Part shown: positions 38,199-47,966 of the stretch, piece after piece
How positions within the stretch are numbered: the stretch's first letter is position 1
Layout of the letters: every line of letters begins with the position of its first letter
Origin: Candidatus Thalassarchaeum sp.
Lineage (GTDB): Archaea; Thermoplasmatota; Poseidoniia; Poseidoniales; Thalassarchaeaceae
Length of the DNA stretch: 51,727 nucleotides
Direction of reading: 5' to 3'
Assembly (NCBI GenBank): GCA_022449945.1
Contig: JAKURM010000004.1
Location: 1-51,727, forward strand
Program-made: the position numbers and the translations under genes
Notes under the pieces: model-generated
The model's database searches: none
What the model was told of the DNA's origin: nothing
Seen by the model: the letters and a program-made list of their open reading frames with translations, nothing else

Positions 38199-38759
38199 CT
38201 ATCTCCTATTTCTTGCACCTTTCCTCGATACTCCGAGCCTTCGTGCTTTCTTCCGGGGAACTTTGCCCCTATCTTCAGTGCTGATTTTGGTTGCAGCATC
38301 CGAGATTGTCATCTCTCTATGGGATGCAGACTCTACAACTCGAGAATTACTTGGTGCAGACTCAACGAACAGTTTGACTCCCAGTGACTTCGAAATCTTC
38401 TCTAATATCGTATCCGTGGGCCTAATTCCATTTTCTGCCTTTTGTATTGCAGAGACCTTCAGGTTCATTGACTTAGCTAATTCAGACTGAGACAATCCCT
38501 GATTCTCCCTGGCCCTCCTTATCCTCGAATGGAAGTCTGGAGCCAACTCAATTTCATCCTTTGTCATGATGTCAACTCCCGAAATCCCTTTCCCGACTAC
38601 GTGGCTTTCAGGAGCAGCATCAGGCAATTGCACGACCTTCCTCTCAACAACTAAGCCCATGGAATCGATACAATTGGTGCAGCAATCGAGAATTGTTCCG
38701 TGCACAGTAGACCTTCTGGTTGCGGTTCCTTCGATTCCGCATAACTCACATGTACCCAT
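38199..38759 (-). CDS. Archaeal multiprotein bridging factor aMBF1
   Basis: CELCG..CxxC Zn ribbon, IRRARE..GLSQSELA HTH, MTISD; divergent from pan. Confidence 0.9.
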   Translation of the reverse strand: MGTCELCGIEGTATRRSTVHGTILDCCTNCIDSMGLVVERKVVQLPDAAPESHVVGKGISGVDIMTKDEIELAPDFHSRIRRARENQGLSQSELAKSMNLKVSAIQKAENGIRPTDTILEKISKSLGVKLFVESAPSNSRVVESASHREMTISDAATKISTEDRGKVPRKKARRLGVSRKGARNRR

Positions 38760-38811
38760 GGCTATCCCAACATCTCGTGTAACATGATACCTTCGCAGGT
38801 GTCATAAACAC

Positions 38812-40062
38812 GTGCCAAGAACGAGAATCATGGCAAGTGAGTCTGGAGAGGACATCAAAGAAGACATTTCTCCTATGTCCGACAGTGCAAAAGAAGATAC
38901 CTTAGATAGGCTATCTAAGGATTTTGATGATCTCTCAGAGCATGCACAGCAACTACTTACTGAGAAGCTATTTCTTGAGAATGAGTTTGCCCAGTTGAAG
39001 AAGCGTGCGAACCGTCTCGATGAAGAATTACGAAACATCAAGACACCCCCGCTAGTAGTTGGATACATTCAGGATATAATTGACGAACAAGCGATCGTTC
39101 GAAGCTCCAATGGAACCGTATTCTTGGTTTCAGTCAACCGTAGACTCGATATCTCAGAGATGAAACCCGGGACTAGAGTCGCTCTCAACCAAGATACCTT
39201 GTCTGTAGTCGAGGCTCTATCTGATTCATGGGACCCCCTCGTTAGCAGTGCAGAAATTATCGAAAGTCCAACGATTGACTACGAATCAATTGGCGGCCTA
39301 GACGAACAGATTAGGGAGATTAGGGAGGCCGTAGAACTGCCCTTTGAAAAACCCGAAGCGTTCATTGAATTGGGAATAGAACCACCCAAGGGTGTATTGC
39401 TCACAGGTCCACCTGGAACTGGAAAGACAATGCTTGCCAAGGCCGTGGCAAACTCGACTAAGGCTACATTCCTCGGCCTTGTTGGTGCCGAGCTGGCTCA
39501 GAAGTACATCGGAGAGGGAGGCAGAATGGTCAGAGAGCTATTCGATCTGGCCAAACAGAAGGCTCCGTCAATAATCTTCATAGACGAATTGGACTCCATA
39601 GGATCCAAACGTCTCGATACGGCAACATCTGGAGACAGAGAGGTCCAGAGAACGCTTATGCAGCTTCTTTCAGAAATGGACGGGTTCGAGACTCTAGACG
39701 ACGTGAAGATAATCGCTGCTACAAACAGACCAGAGTTACTGGATGCGGCTCTGTTGCGACCAGGCCGTTTTGACAGGATAATCGACATTCCTCTGCCTGA
39801 CGTTGACGCGAGGGAGACAATATTTGGGGTTCACACGAAATCTATGCCTATTGACAAGAAGGTTGGATTGAGGTATCTTTCTAACATTTCGGAAGGATTC
39901 AGTGGTGCCGAAATCAAGTCGTCTGTGGTTGAGGCTGGGATAAATGCAATCTCAGACGGACGAAAGAAAGTATCAAAATCTGATTTCACAGATGCAATCA
40001 AAAAGGTTGAGAATAAGAGAAAGGACTCTGCAAACAGCTCCGCCGAGGGACTGTACCGTTAA
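38812..40062 (+). CDS. pan: Proteasome-activating nucleotidase
   Basis: Coiled coil, PPLVVG, OB domain, GPPGTGKT, IFIDELD, GDREVQRT, LRPGRFDR, HbYX tail LYR. The start may be a downstream ATG. Confidence 0.95.
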   Translation: MPRTRIMASESGEDIKEDISPMSDSAKEDTLDRLSKDFDDLSEHAQQLLTEKLFLENEFAQLKKRANRLDEELRNIKTPPLVVGYIQDIIDEQAIVRSSNGTVFLVSVNRRLDISEMKPGTRVALNQDTLSVVEALSDSWDPLVSSAEIIESPTIDYESIGGLDEQIREIREAVELPFEKPEAFIELGIEPPKGVLLTGPPGTGKTMLAKAVANSTKATFLGLVGAELAQKYIGEGGRMVRELFDLAKQKAPSIIFIDELDSIGSKRLDTATSGDREVQRTLMQLLSEMDGFETLDDVKIIAATNRPELLDAALLRPGRFDRIIDIPLPDVDARETIFGVHTKSMPIDKKVGLRYLSNISEGFSGAEIKSSVVEAGINAISDGRKKVSKSDFTDAIKKVENKRKDSANSSAEGLYR

Positions 40063-40097
40063 GCAAATCTCTTCATTGGGTCTGCCTTCCAAGGCAT

Positions 40098-41138
40098 GTG
40101 TCTCAACCACTGGTGGAATGCGTTCCAAACTTTAGCGAAGGCCGAGACAAGTCAGTTATAGGCAGAATAACGGCCCCAATAGAGGCTATTCCAGGAGTCA
40201 CACTACTGGATGTTGACATGGGCGCCGACTTCAACAGGACCGTGGTCACGATGGTGGGCAATCCTGATGACGTCCTCAAAGCAGCCATTGAGTGCACCAT
40301 AGTGGCTTCAGAGCTCATTGACATGAGGGGCCACACCGGTGAGCACGCCAGGATGGGTGCTGTTGATGTTGTCCCATTCATTCCTATCAACGGTGTATCT
40401 ATCGAGGAATGCGCCAGCCTCTCTGAAATTTATGCAGAGACGGTTTCGCAAAAACTCGACCTTCCAGTATATCTCTATGCGGAGGCTGCTAGGAGTGAGC
40501 AGAGGGTGAGGCTACCAGACATCAGGAGAGGCGAGTACGAAGGACTGCAGGAAAAGATGCAATCCGAGATTTGGGCTCCAGATTACGGGCCAAGAGAATT
40601 CAACCCAAAGCTTGGTGCTACGGCTACCGGAGCTAGGCAGATTCTAATCGCATACAATGTGAATCTGAACTCAGATGACAAAACCAAGGCCAATTCGATC
40701 GCATCTATGATTCGAACAAGCGGCTCCTTGGTTAAGGACGTAAACGGGGAGAAAATAATCGGGGAGGACGGTAAACCTCTAAGGAATCCTGGTAAATTTA
40801 AGGCTCTCCAGGCTGCCGGTTGGATGTACGATGATTCTACTGCCCAGGTGTCGATGAATCTCCTTGATCACAAGGTCACAGGATTGCATCATGTCACTGA
40901 GGCAATCCGCGAAGAGTCCCAGAAAATTGGCTTAAACGTGGTTGCGGGGGAGCTGGTAGGACTAGTCCCCCTAGAAGCCATGATTTCAGCAGGTAGGAAT
41001 TATCACAAAGAACCCGATTCTGCTGACGAATCGTCACTAGTCGATGCAGCAATAAAGGGCCTCATGCTCGATATTTTAGGTGAATTTAATCCCGAATCAA
41101 GTATCATTGAATGGGCCATTCGTGAGGCGTTGGGATGA
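40098..41138 (+). CDS. Glutamate formiminotransferase
   Basis: LVECVPNFSEGRD, NRTVVT, GEHARMGAVDVVPF, IRRGEYEG, GAR..LIAYNVNL. Confidence 0.95.
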   Translation: MSQPLVECVPNFSEGRDKSVIGRITAPIEAIPGVTLLDVDMGADFNRTVVTMVGNPDDVLKAAIECTIVASELIDMRGHTGEHARMGAVDVVPFIPINGVSIEECASLSEIYAETVSQKLDLPVYLYAEAARSEQRVRLPDIRRGEYEGLQEKMQSEIWAPDYGPREFNPKLGATATGARQILIAYNVNLNSDDKTKANSIASMIRTSGSLVKDVNGEKIIGEDGKPLRNPGKFKALQAAGWMYDDSTAQVSMNLLDHKVTGLHHVTEAIREESQKIGLNVVAGELVGLVPLEAMISAGRNYHKEPDSADESSLVDAAIKGLMLDILGEFNPESSIIEWAIREALG

Positions 41139-41758
41139 ACGAGGGATACGAGGAAGTACTCAGATCAATAGCATCCTCCGATCCTACTCCTGGAGGTGGT
41201 TCGGTCGCAGCATTATCCCTTGCTCACGCACAATCACTGACCATCATGGTAGCTAGACTTACGGAGGGCAAGGAGAAGTGGGCAGATGGGCACGAGTTGG
41301 CGGAGGCAATAATCTCGAAATGGGATCCTAAAATGGAAGTTGCCATTGGGCTGGCAGAGAAGGATGCACATGCATTTGACCAAGTAATGGGGGCCTATCG
41401 TCTCCCAAAGAGCGACGAAAAAGAGAAGGAATTCAGGAATTCGTCTATCAGAGAAGCAACAATTGGGGCTGCTGAAGCACCCCTGGAAACAGCGACAGAA
41501 GCATTGGATCTCCTATCCGACATTGAGTCATTCAGCCATTCATGCAACTCAAATGCATTGACTGACCTTGCCTCAGCGGCGGAACTATCGAGTTCAGCGG
41601 TAAAAATTGCATCGATGAATGTTAGAATTAATCTGGATTTCATTGAGGGAGAGGATGTCGATGAACTCTCGACGAGATTGGATGCCGTAGTGGGGCAATC
41701 TTCCTCATCACTAGTGAGGATTAGAACCAAAGTTTCCGAGAGGCTTGGTTGGAAATGA
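41135..41758 (+). CDS. Formiminotetrahydrofolate cyclodeaminase
   Basis: ASSDPTPGGGSVAAL, D..AF..VM.AYRLPK, N.NAxTD, NVRINL. Confidence 0.92.
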   Translation: MNEGYEEVLRSIASSDPTPGGGSVAALSLAHAQSLTIMVARLTEGKEKWADGHELAEAIISKWDPKMEVAIGLAEKDAHAFDQVMGAYRLPKSDEKEKEFRNSSIREATIGAAEAPLETATEALDLLSDIESFSHSCNSNALTDLASAAELSSSAVKIASMNVRINLDFIEGEDVDELSTRLDAVVGQSSSSLVRIRTKVSERLGWK

Positions 41759-43770
41759 AACTAGACAGAGACTCCTTCAACGGTATTCCAGATACTCTTC
41801 CACCACACAAGACCATAGATCCCGCAGTCCCCCATGCCCCCCCAAGGCCCCAAGTTTTGGATGAAAGAGGCAGGGTGCTGTCTATTGAAAACGCTTTGAG
41901 GTACTTCCCAGAAGATTGGCACGAGACTCTCGCCAAGGAGTTCCTGGATGAGCTGGACCAGCATGGCCACATATACATGCATAGGTTCAGGCCAGACTAC
42001 GAAATGCATGCCAGGCCAATCTCGGATTACGATGCCCACTCTAAGTCCGCAGCAGCAATAATGCTGATGATTCAGAACAACCTAGATCCCAATGTCGCCC
42101 AGTTTCCACACGAATTGATTACCTACGGGGCCAATGGGGCCGTTTTCCAGAACTGGGCGCAGTACCTGCTTACCATGGAGTATCTCTGCAAGATTAGGGA
42201 AGATCAGACATTAGTAATATACTCCGGCCATCCATTGGGAATTTTCCCCTCTAGCCAAGAATCTCCGATGGTAGTAGTCACGAATGGAATGGTCATCCCA
42301 AACTACTCTTCTAAATTGGACTATGAGAGGATGAACGCCTTGGGGGTTTCTCAGTACGGACAGATGACGGCCGGATCGTACATGTACATAGGCCCTCAGG
42401 GAATCGTACACGGAACAACCATCACGATACTAAACGCTGCTAGAAAGTACCTCGGAAAAACCTCTGAAGAAGGGCTAGGGGGCGTGCTATACGTCACATC
42501 TGGTCTTGGTGGGATGTCCGGGGCCCAGGCTAAGGCTACGGTAATTGCGGGTGCAGTGTGCATAATCGCCGAAGTCGATCCATCCCCAGCAAGAAAGAGG
42601 CATTCACAGGGTTGGCTAACAGAGCTTCACGAAGACATTGAGAAATTAGTAGATCGTGCTGAGCAGGCCATTTTCAGAAAGGAGGCAGTCTCTCTTGGAT
42701 ATGTGGGCAACATCGTAGAACTCCTGGAGTACCTTGTGGAGAGGGGCACCCATGTCGATCTAGCTAGCGATCAGACCAGCCTACACAATCCATGGCTAGG
42801 AGGATACATTCCAGTCGGCCTGACACTTGAAGAGAGTACAGAACTGCTGATGGAAGACCCTGCCAAATTCAAGGAATCAGTCAAATTTTCATTAAGGAGG
42901 CATGTAGCAGCAATCAATTCTCTTTGCTCCAAAGGGACCCGTTTCTGGGATTACGGAAACGCCTTCCTGCTCGAGTCAAGCAGAGCAGGAGCGGACATCA
43001 AAAAAGAGGACGGTTCCTTTCTCTACCCTTCCTACGTGGAAGACATAATGGGGCCAATGTGCTTCGATTATGGCTTCGGACCGTTCAGATGGGTCTGCAC
43101 CTCCGGCGAGGAGAGCGATCTGAGAAAGACGGACCAGATCGCAAAGGATGTCCTAGAGCAATTATCCTATGGTTGTCCGGATGAAATTCGAACTCAGTAC
43201 ATAGACAACATAAGATGGATTACTGAGGCAGAGAAGCATGGCCTGGTGGTTGGTAGCAAGGCCAGAATCCTATATGCGGATGAAGTGGGAAGGAGGGCCA
43301 TTGCGAGGGAATTCAACAAGGCAATCTCGGATGGCACTGTCACCGCTCCAATTGTTCTTGGTCGCGATCATCACGACGTAAGCGGTACTGACAGCCCATA
43401 TAGGGAGACTGCGAACATATACGACGGATCTATGTTCACCGCAGACATGTCAGTACAGAACTTCGTAGGGGACTCGTTCAGAGGGGCAACATGGGTCAGC
43501 CTGCACAACGGGGGAGGCGTTGGCTGGGGAGAGGCCATAAACGGTGGATTTGGACTTGTTATCGATGGTTCAGAACAATCTCAAGAGAATATCGACTCTA
43601 TGATCTCATGGGATGTGAATAACGGCCTTGCTAGGAGGTCATGGGCGAGGAATCCAGCTGCAAGATTCGCCATCTCCAGGGCCATGGAATCCGATGATAG
43701 GATTGACGTCACTATGCCCAATATCGTGGACGAAAGAGTGCTAAGGGACTTGTTCGAAGGTACTCGATGA
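41749..43770 (+). CDS. hutU: Urocanate hydratase (long form)
   Basis: NNLDP.VAQFPHELITYG, GQMTAGSYMYIGPQGIVHGT, GLGGMSGAQ, GRDHHD, LHNGGGVG. Start is TTG 41749 or ATG 41755. Confidence 0.97.
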   Translation: MEMKLDRDSFNGIPDTLPPHKTIDPAVPHAPPRPQVLDERGRVLSIENALRYFPEDWHETLAKEFLDELDQHGHIYMHRFRPDYEMHARPISDYDAHSKSAAAIMLMIQNNLDPNVAQFPHELITYGANGAVFQNWAQYLLTMEYLCKIREDQTLVIYSGHPLGIFPSSQESPMVVVTNGMVIPNYSSKLDYERMNALGVSQYGQMTAGSYMYIGPQGIVHGTTITILNAARKYLGKTSEEGLGGVLYVTSGLGGMSGAQAKATVIAGAVCIIAEVDPSPARKRHSQGWLTELHEDIEKLVDRAEQAIFRKEAVSLGYVGNIVELLEYLVERGTHVDLASDQTSLHNPWLGGYIPVGLTLEESTELLMEDPAKFKESVKFSLRRHVAAINSLCSKGTRFWDYGNAFLLESSRAGADIKKEDGSFLYPSYVEDIMGPMCFDYGFGPFRWVCTSGEESDLRKTDQIAKDVLEQLSYGCPDEIRTQYIDNIRWITEAEKHGLVVGSKARILYADEVGRRAIAREFNKAISDGTVTAPIVLGRDHHDVSGTDSPYRETANIYDGSMFTADMSVQNFVGDSFRGATWVSLHNGGGVGWGEAINGGFGLVIDGSEQSQENIDSMISWDVNNGLARRSWARNPAARFAISRAMESDDRIDVTMPNIVDERVLRDLFEGTR

Positions 43771-43801
43771 CTCTATTTGGGAATCACGGTTCGATACACC
43801 T

Positions 43802-45325
43802 ATGGTTGATATCCTGATAGATGGGTGCTCCTTGACTCTGGAGCAGGCTATGTCGTTAGCTTCTGGCCAATCCACTGCTTCTCTATCAATAGAATCAAGG
43901 GAAAAGATGTGCGAATCACGAGCTGCAGTAGAGGATATAGTCCGTTCTGGAGACACTGTATACGGGATAAATACAGGTTTCGGGGCAATGTCATCGGTTA
44001 GAATACAAGACGACGAAATAGAGGCTCTTCAGGCAAATCTGGTCAGAAGCCATGCCTGTGGCGTAGGAGAGAGAATGGAGCCAGAGCACGTACTCCTAAT
44101 GATGGTTTTCAGGGCCAATTCAATCGCGAAGGGTATCTCCGGCTCGAGACCCGAGGTCGTCGATCTGATCCTCTCGATGGTTAACTCGAGGATATCGCCC
44201 GAAGTACCACGAATCGGGTCTCTCGGAGCATCTGGAGATCTAGCTCCTCTCTCTCACATGGCATTGTCAATGATGGGGGAGGGAAAATGCTCAGTCTACG
44301 AAAACGGCTTATGGGAAAGTCGAGATAGCATGGATGCCCTTTCAGATGCTGGCTTGGAACCGATAAAACTCCTTGCGAAGGAAGGACTCTCACTGATCAA
44401 CGGGACAAGCCAGATGTGTGCATTTCTTGCTGTAACAGTATTAAACATGGAGACTCTTGCCTTCGCTGCTGATGCTTCATTGGCTTGCTCATTGGAGGCC
44501 ATTCGGGGATCCCAAAAGCCATTTGACCCTAGAATACAGGCATCTCGACCGCAATTCGGGCAAGCTGTCTCCGCTGCTAGGATTCTGGAACTTCTTTCTG
44601 ATTCCGAGATTTCGACTTCCGATGGGGATTACGACAGGGTACAGGACGCATACTGTTTCAGGGGCGCCCCTCAAGTCCCTGGCCCCGTTATCGATCTACT
44701 ACGAGCAACGAGGAGGATGCTGGAAATTGAGATCAACAGTGCTACTGACAACCCCCTAGTATTCGTGGAAGGGGACGATGCCGAAATTATCAGCGGAGGA
44801 AATTTCCATGGACAAAATCTGGCCCTTGCCAGTGATGCGATAGCCATTGCATGTCACGAACTAGCCGCAATCTCAGAGAGAAGGATAAACCAGCTCTTGG
44901 ATCCAAAGTGGAGCGGCCAGAAAGCCTTCCTCGCCACCAAAGAGGGACTTGAGAGCGGACTGATGATAATTCAGTACGTTGCTGCCTCGATAATTTCAGA
45001 ATTGCACTTACTAGCAAACCCTGCTACTACGAGCAACACTCCAGTCAGCATGGGCAAGGAGGACCACGCATCGATGGGATCGACGGGCTGCCACAGGGCC
45101 CTTCGGTCAACTATGCTTCTTTCCCAGGCCATAGCAAACGAGATGGTTTGCTCCTCAGAGGCCTTGGATGGAATCGATGAAAAGGCCGGAGAGGGAGTCT
45201 CGAAGATTCACAAATGGGTCAGGACAATAGTCTCTCCGTTAGATGGTGATAGAACAATGACGGATGAGTGCGAGGCTTTGTCGCGAGCAATAGTAGGAGG
45301 GCACCTCTCCAGCTTATTCGGGTGA
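43802..45325 (+). CDS. hutH: Histidine ammonia-lyase
   Basis: YGINTGFG, GSLGASGDLAPLSH (MIO-forming ASG), KEGLSLING, NSATDNP, SGGNFHG, EDHASMG. Confidence 0.96.
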   Translation: MVDILIDGCSLTLEQAMSLASGQSTASLSIESREKMCESRAAVEDIVRSGDTVYGINTGFGAMSSVRIQDDEIEALQANLVRSHACGVGERMEPEHVLLMMVFRANSIAKGISGSRPEVVDLILSMVNSRISPEVPRIGSLGASGDLAPLSHMALSMMGEGKCSVYENGLWESRDSMDALSDAGLEPIKLLAKEGLSLINGTSQMCAFLAVTVLNMETLAFAADASLACSLEAIRGSQKPFDPRIQASRPQFGQAVSAARILELLSDSEISTSDGDYDRVQDAYCFRGAPQVPGPVIDLLRATRRMLEIEINSATDNPLVFVEGDDAEIISGGNFHGQNLALASDAIAIACHELAAISERRINQLLDPKWSGQKAFLATKEGLESGLMIIQYVAASIISELHLLANPATTSNTPVSMGKEDHASMGSTGCHRALRSTMLLSQAIANEMVCSSEALDGIDEKAGEGVSKIHKWVRTIVSPLDGDRTMTDECEALSRAIVGGHLSSLFG

Positions 45326-45329
45326 TAAA

Positions 45330-46052
45330 TTGCAGGAAAAATTGCACATGACAAGGCATCCGGGAACTAATCCCCCGCCATTCGACACGAAAGTTGCAGA
45401 GACAAAGGAAAGCTACTTGCTACTTGACCAGACTTACTGCTACCCCAGAGGTGGTGGACAACCGGGGGATACGGGAACGATCATTTCTGGCGGCACTCCT
45501 GTTTCTACTCTTCACGAGGTCCTGCCGGGTGAAATGATACTACACCCTGTAGATGACGTTGGAGACTTCTCAATAGGCCAGGAGATAACTTGCGAAATTG
45601 ACGTTAAGAGGAGGAACGGACATACTCTGATGCACACGTCACAGCATATCTTCTCAGCTCTAGCAGAGGATATCTGGGGCGCTGAGACAGTCGGGAACCA
45701 GATAGGGGCCGAACAATCCAGGGTCGATTTGTTGTTCGACAACAAAGAAGTGTTCGACCCAGACGTCCTCGTCGATGCCGTTAACTCAGTAATCGGGTCA
45801 AACGTTGATGTGAACGTTCACGAGTGGGACAGGGGGAGAATCATGGAACACAAGCAGATGAGGCACACCAAATTCATGCACAGGATTCCAGAAACCATTA
45901 CTCACCTTAGGGTGGTAGAGGTGGAGGACGTGGACTTATGCCCCTGCGCCGGAACACATGCATCAAATACCTCGCAGATCCCAACGGTCAGGTACATCGG
46001 AAAGAAGAACAAGGGAAAGGGCAGGTTGAGAGTTTCATACGAATTTGAATGA
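45330..46052 (+). CDS. Free-standing alanyl-tRNA editing protein AlaX
   Basis: LDQTYCYPRGGGQPGDTG, HTSQH and CAGTH Zn ligands. Confidence 0.92.
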   Translation: MQEKLHMTRHPGTNPPPFDTKVAETKESYLLLDQTYCYPRGGGQPGDTGTIISGGTPVSTLHEVLPGEMILHPVDDVGDFSIGQEITCEIDVKRRNGHTLMHTSQHIFSALAEDIWGAETVGNQIGAEQSRVDLLFDNKEVFDPDVLVDAVNSVIGSNVDVNVHEWDRGRIMEHKQMRHTKFMHRIPETITHLRVVEVEDVDLCPCAGTHASNTSQIPTVRYIGKKNKGKGRLRVSYEFE

Positions 46053-46076
46053 CAATATGATTAGTATCACTTCTAA

Positions 46077-46152
46077 TGGTGGGCTCGGCAGGAATTGAAC
46101 CTGCGATCTTCGCCATGTCAAGGCGACGTCATAACCCCTAGACCACGAGCCC
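46077..46152 (-). tRNA. tRNA-Val (anticodon GAC), CCA encoded
   Basis: Reverse complement GGGCTCGTGGTCTAG..TCGCC-TTGACAT-GGCGA..GGTTCAATTCC..CGAGCCC-ACCA. Confidence 0.97.
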
Positions 46153-46196
46153 GGCTTTCATCGCAGTAAACATTCACACAAGAATGATTCTGAGGC

Positions 46197-46349
46197 TCAT
46201 GATACAATTTTTGATATTCTTCCATCACAATTATGATTTGAACACGATCCTGCAGCTCTAGTACGGCCATTGCTCATCTTGATTAGTTTCGGAGCAATGA
46301 TCACAACATATGTCTTGCACTTCATGCAGAATCCGTGTACATCACTCAT
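46197..46349 (-). CDS. Small zinc-ribbon protein (50 aa, DUF5679-like)
   Basis: Manual translation MSDVHGFCMKCKTYVVIIAPKLIKMSNGRTRAAGSCSNHNCDGRISKIVS*; C-x2-C..M.NGR..G.C..C pattern. Confidence 0.8.
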   Translation of the reverse strand: MSDVHGFCMKCKTYVVIIAPKLIKMSNGRTRAAGSCSNHNCDGRISKIVS

Positions 46350-46472
46350 AGTTATGCTAAATCATTTCAGACTTCAATATTTCATAACATGCAGGGTTAG
46401 ATTGGCGTTTTAGGTAAAAATTTGCAAAAACGATGTACTGAGGGTATATAGCGAGAAATCTATACAAATCAT

Positions 46473-46498
46473 TTTCTGATAATCATGGTTATCAGAAA
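46473..46498. promoter_or_regulatory. 26-bp near-perfect palindrome, candidate operator
   Basis: TTTCTGATAATCATGGTTATCAGAAA, 12 of 13 pairs complementary, inside an AT-rich spacer. Confidence 0.5.
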
Positions 46499-46623
46499 CA
46501 AACACTGCGATATTTTGCTACATTTGCGAATATAGACATGGATTCTGGAGAGATCGGAATATATTGACAATTATTGAGAAACATATTAAGTTAAATTAAA
46601 ACTGTTATAATTTAATATTAGCA

Positions 46624-47916
46624 TTAATATGTTTTATTTTGATTTACAATAATGCCATCAATCAACGTCTTGCTAACTGGAGATGTACCTGGCGTCTGGC
46701 ACCAACTGTCTGCTGAACTAGACCATAGTATGTTTAGGTCCGCCCGTCTTCCTTCAGCAATTACACCTCTTACGCTATTATCGGGAAACATGGTTGATGC
46801 GGGGTTCCTAGTAGCTGCTGCAAGCGAAACAATCGGATCAATCCCCATTCTGTGCGAAAGCAAACTACCAATGAATGGTAATGATGTAATGGGGCAGTTT
46901 GGATTAAAGTCAGTTGCAATTGAAAATGGCCAATCTTCATCAATGCATTTGGAAATTGGCAGGTCAAGCTCTTTGCCTAAAATGTAAGGAGTTCCTGGTA
47001 GGAAGGTCTGAACTGTCCCCGATTCGGCTGCAGCGATTCTCGAATCTTCATTAGAGCAAGCCACATGATCCCCGCTCACTGAACCAAGTTCCGCTGCTAA
47101 CTCCAGACCCCCGCTATCGACAAACTCATCCACATGAAGCCTAGACCCAAGCCCTTCTGCCTTTGCAGCATTGACAATGTCCTCTGTTTCTTCGTTTGTG
47201 AACCAACCCTCTTCGCAGAAAACATCTACCCATTTTGCCAGGCCCAGCTCATTTACAACTGGGAGTTGTTCTGAAATCAGCTCTTCCATATATTCTCCCC
47301 GACTCTTCTCTCGAGGAAAATCATGAGCCCCCAGCCATGTGGGAACAATGTTGCACGGAGTTTCCCTATTGATCATTGATACGGACTCTAGAATCTTTAC
47401 TTCTGTTTCCAAGTCCAATCCATAGCCACTTTTTGCTTCCATGGATGTAGTTCCGTTTGTTATGAACGACTGGCATCTACTCAGTCCAGAGCTCACAATC
47501 CTTTCTTGGGGGGCTGATCTTGTGCTTAATACGGTCTTCCATATACCGCCCCCAATTTCTGCGATTTGCTGGTATGAATTTCCTGATTGCCGTAGTGCCA
47601 ATTCGTTTGCTCGGTCTCCCGCCCATACTAGGTGCGTGTGGGAATCCACGAAACCAGGTACAATCGCCATACCACCTACGTCGATAACACTCACATCTAC
47701 CGAGCTCTTCTTGGATGGATACCATGGGGCAAATTCAGTAATCAATTCAGTTGATTGCTCTATTCTCTCCACATATCCATCATTGATCAAAATGCCCATT
47801 CCTGGACTATGGACTATGGACTCTCGGTCATGCAAACGTTCTCCTGAAAGGGGAAATTCATCATCTCCCGTAGACATGTGAGCAACCTCTCCGCAGTTGT
47901 GAATCAGAGTTCGCAT
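46624..47916 (-). CDS. hutI: Imidazolonepropionase
   Basis: PGFVDSHTHLV.AGDRA.E, GTTS.EAKSGYGL, LGAH, DVFCE, HVDE, ATDFNP. Confidence 0.95.
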   Translation of the reverse strand: MRTLIHNCGEVAHMSTGDDEFPLSGERLHDRESIVHSPGMGILINDGYVERIEQSTELITEFAPWYPSKKSSVDVSVIDVGGMAIVPGFVDSHTHLVWAGDRANELALRQSGNSYQQIAEIGGGIWKTVLSTRSAPQERIVSSGLSRCQSFITNGTTSMEAKSGYGLDLETEVKILESVSMINRETPCNIVPTWLGAHDFPREKSRGEYMEELISEQLPVVNELGLAKWVDVFCEEGWFTNEETEDIVNAAKAEGLGSRLHVDEFVDSGGLELAAELGSVSGDHVACSNEDSRIAAAESGTVQTFLPGTPYILGKELDLPISKCIDEDWPFSIATDFNPNCPITSLPFIGSLLSHRMGIDPIVSLAAATRNPASTMFPDNSVRGVIAEGRRADLNILWSSSADSWCQTPGTSPVSKTLIDGIIVNQNKTY

Positions 47917-47966
47917 GACTCCTGATACTCAGGACAGTTGAAAGAACTCGCGCTCTTCGGTGTTCT

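Noticed and set aside
46053-46200. Integrated element at tRNA-Val or tRNA-Lys
   Set aside because: No integrase, no duplicated tRNA 3' end seen, and the flanks are housekeeping genes.
46350-46623. Replication origin
   Set aside because: AT-rich, but no repeated ORB elements with G-strings and no cdc6/orc1 gene in the window.
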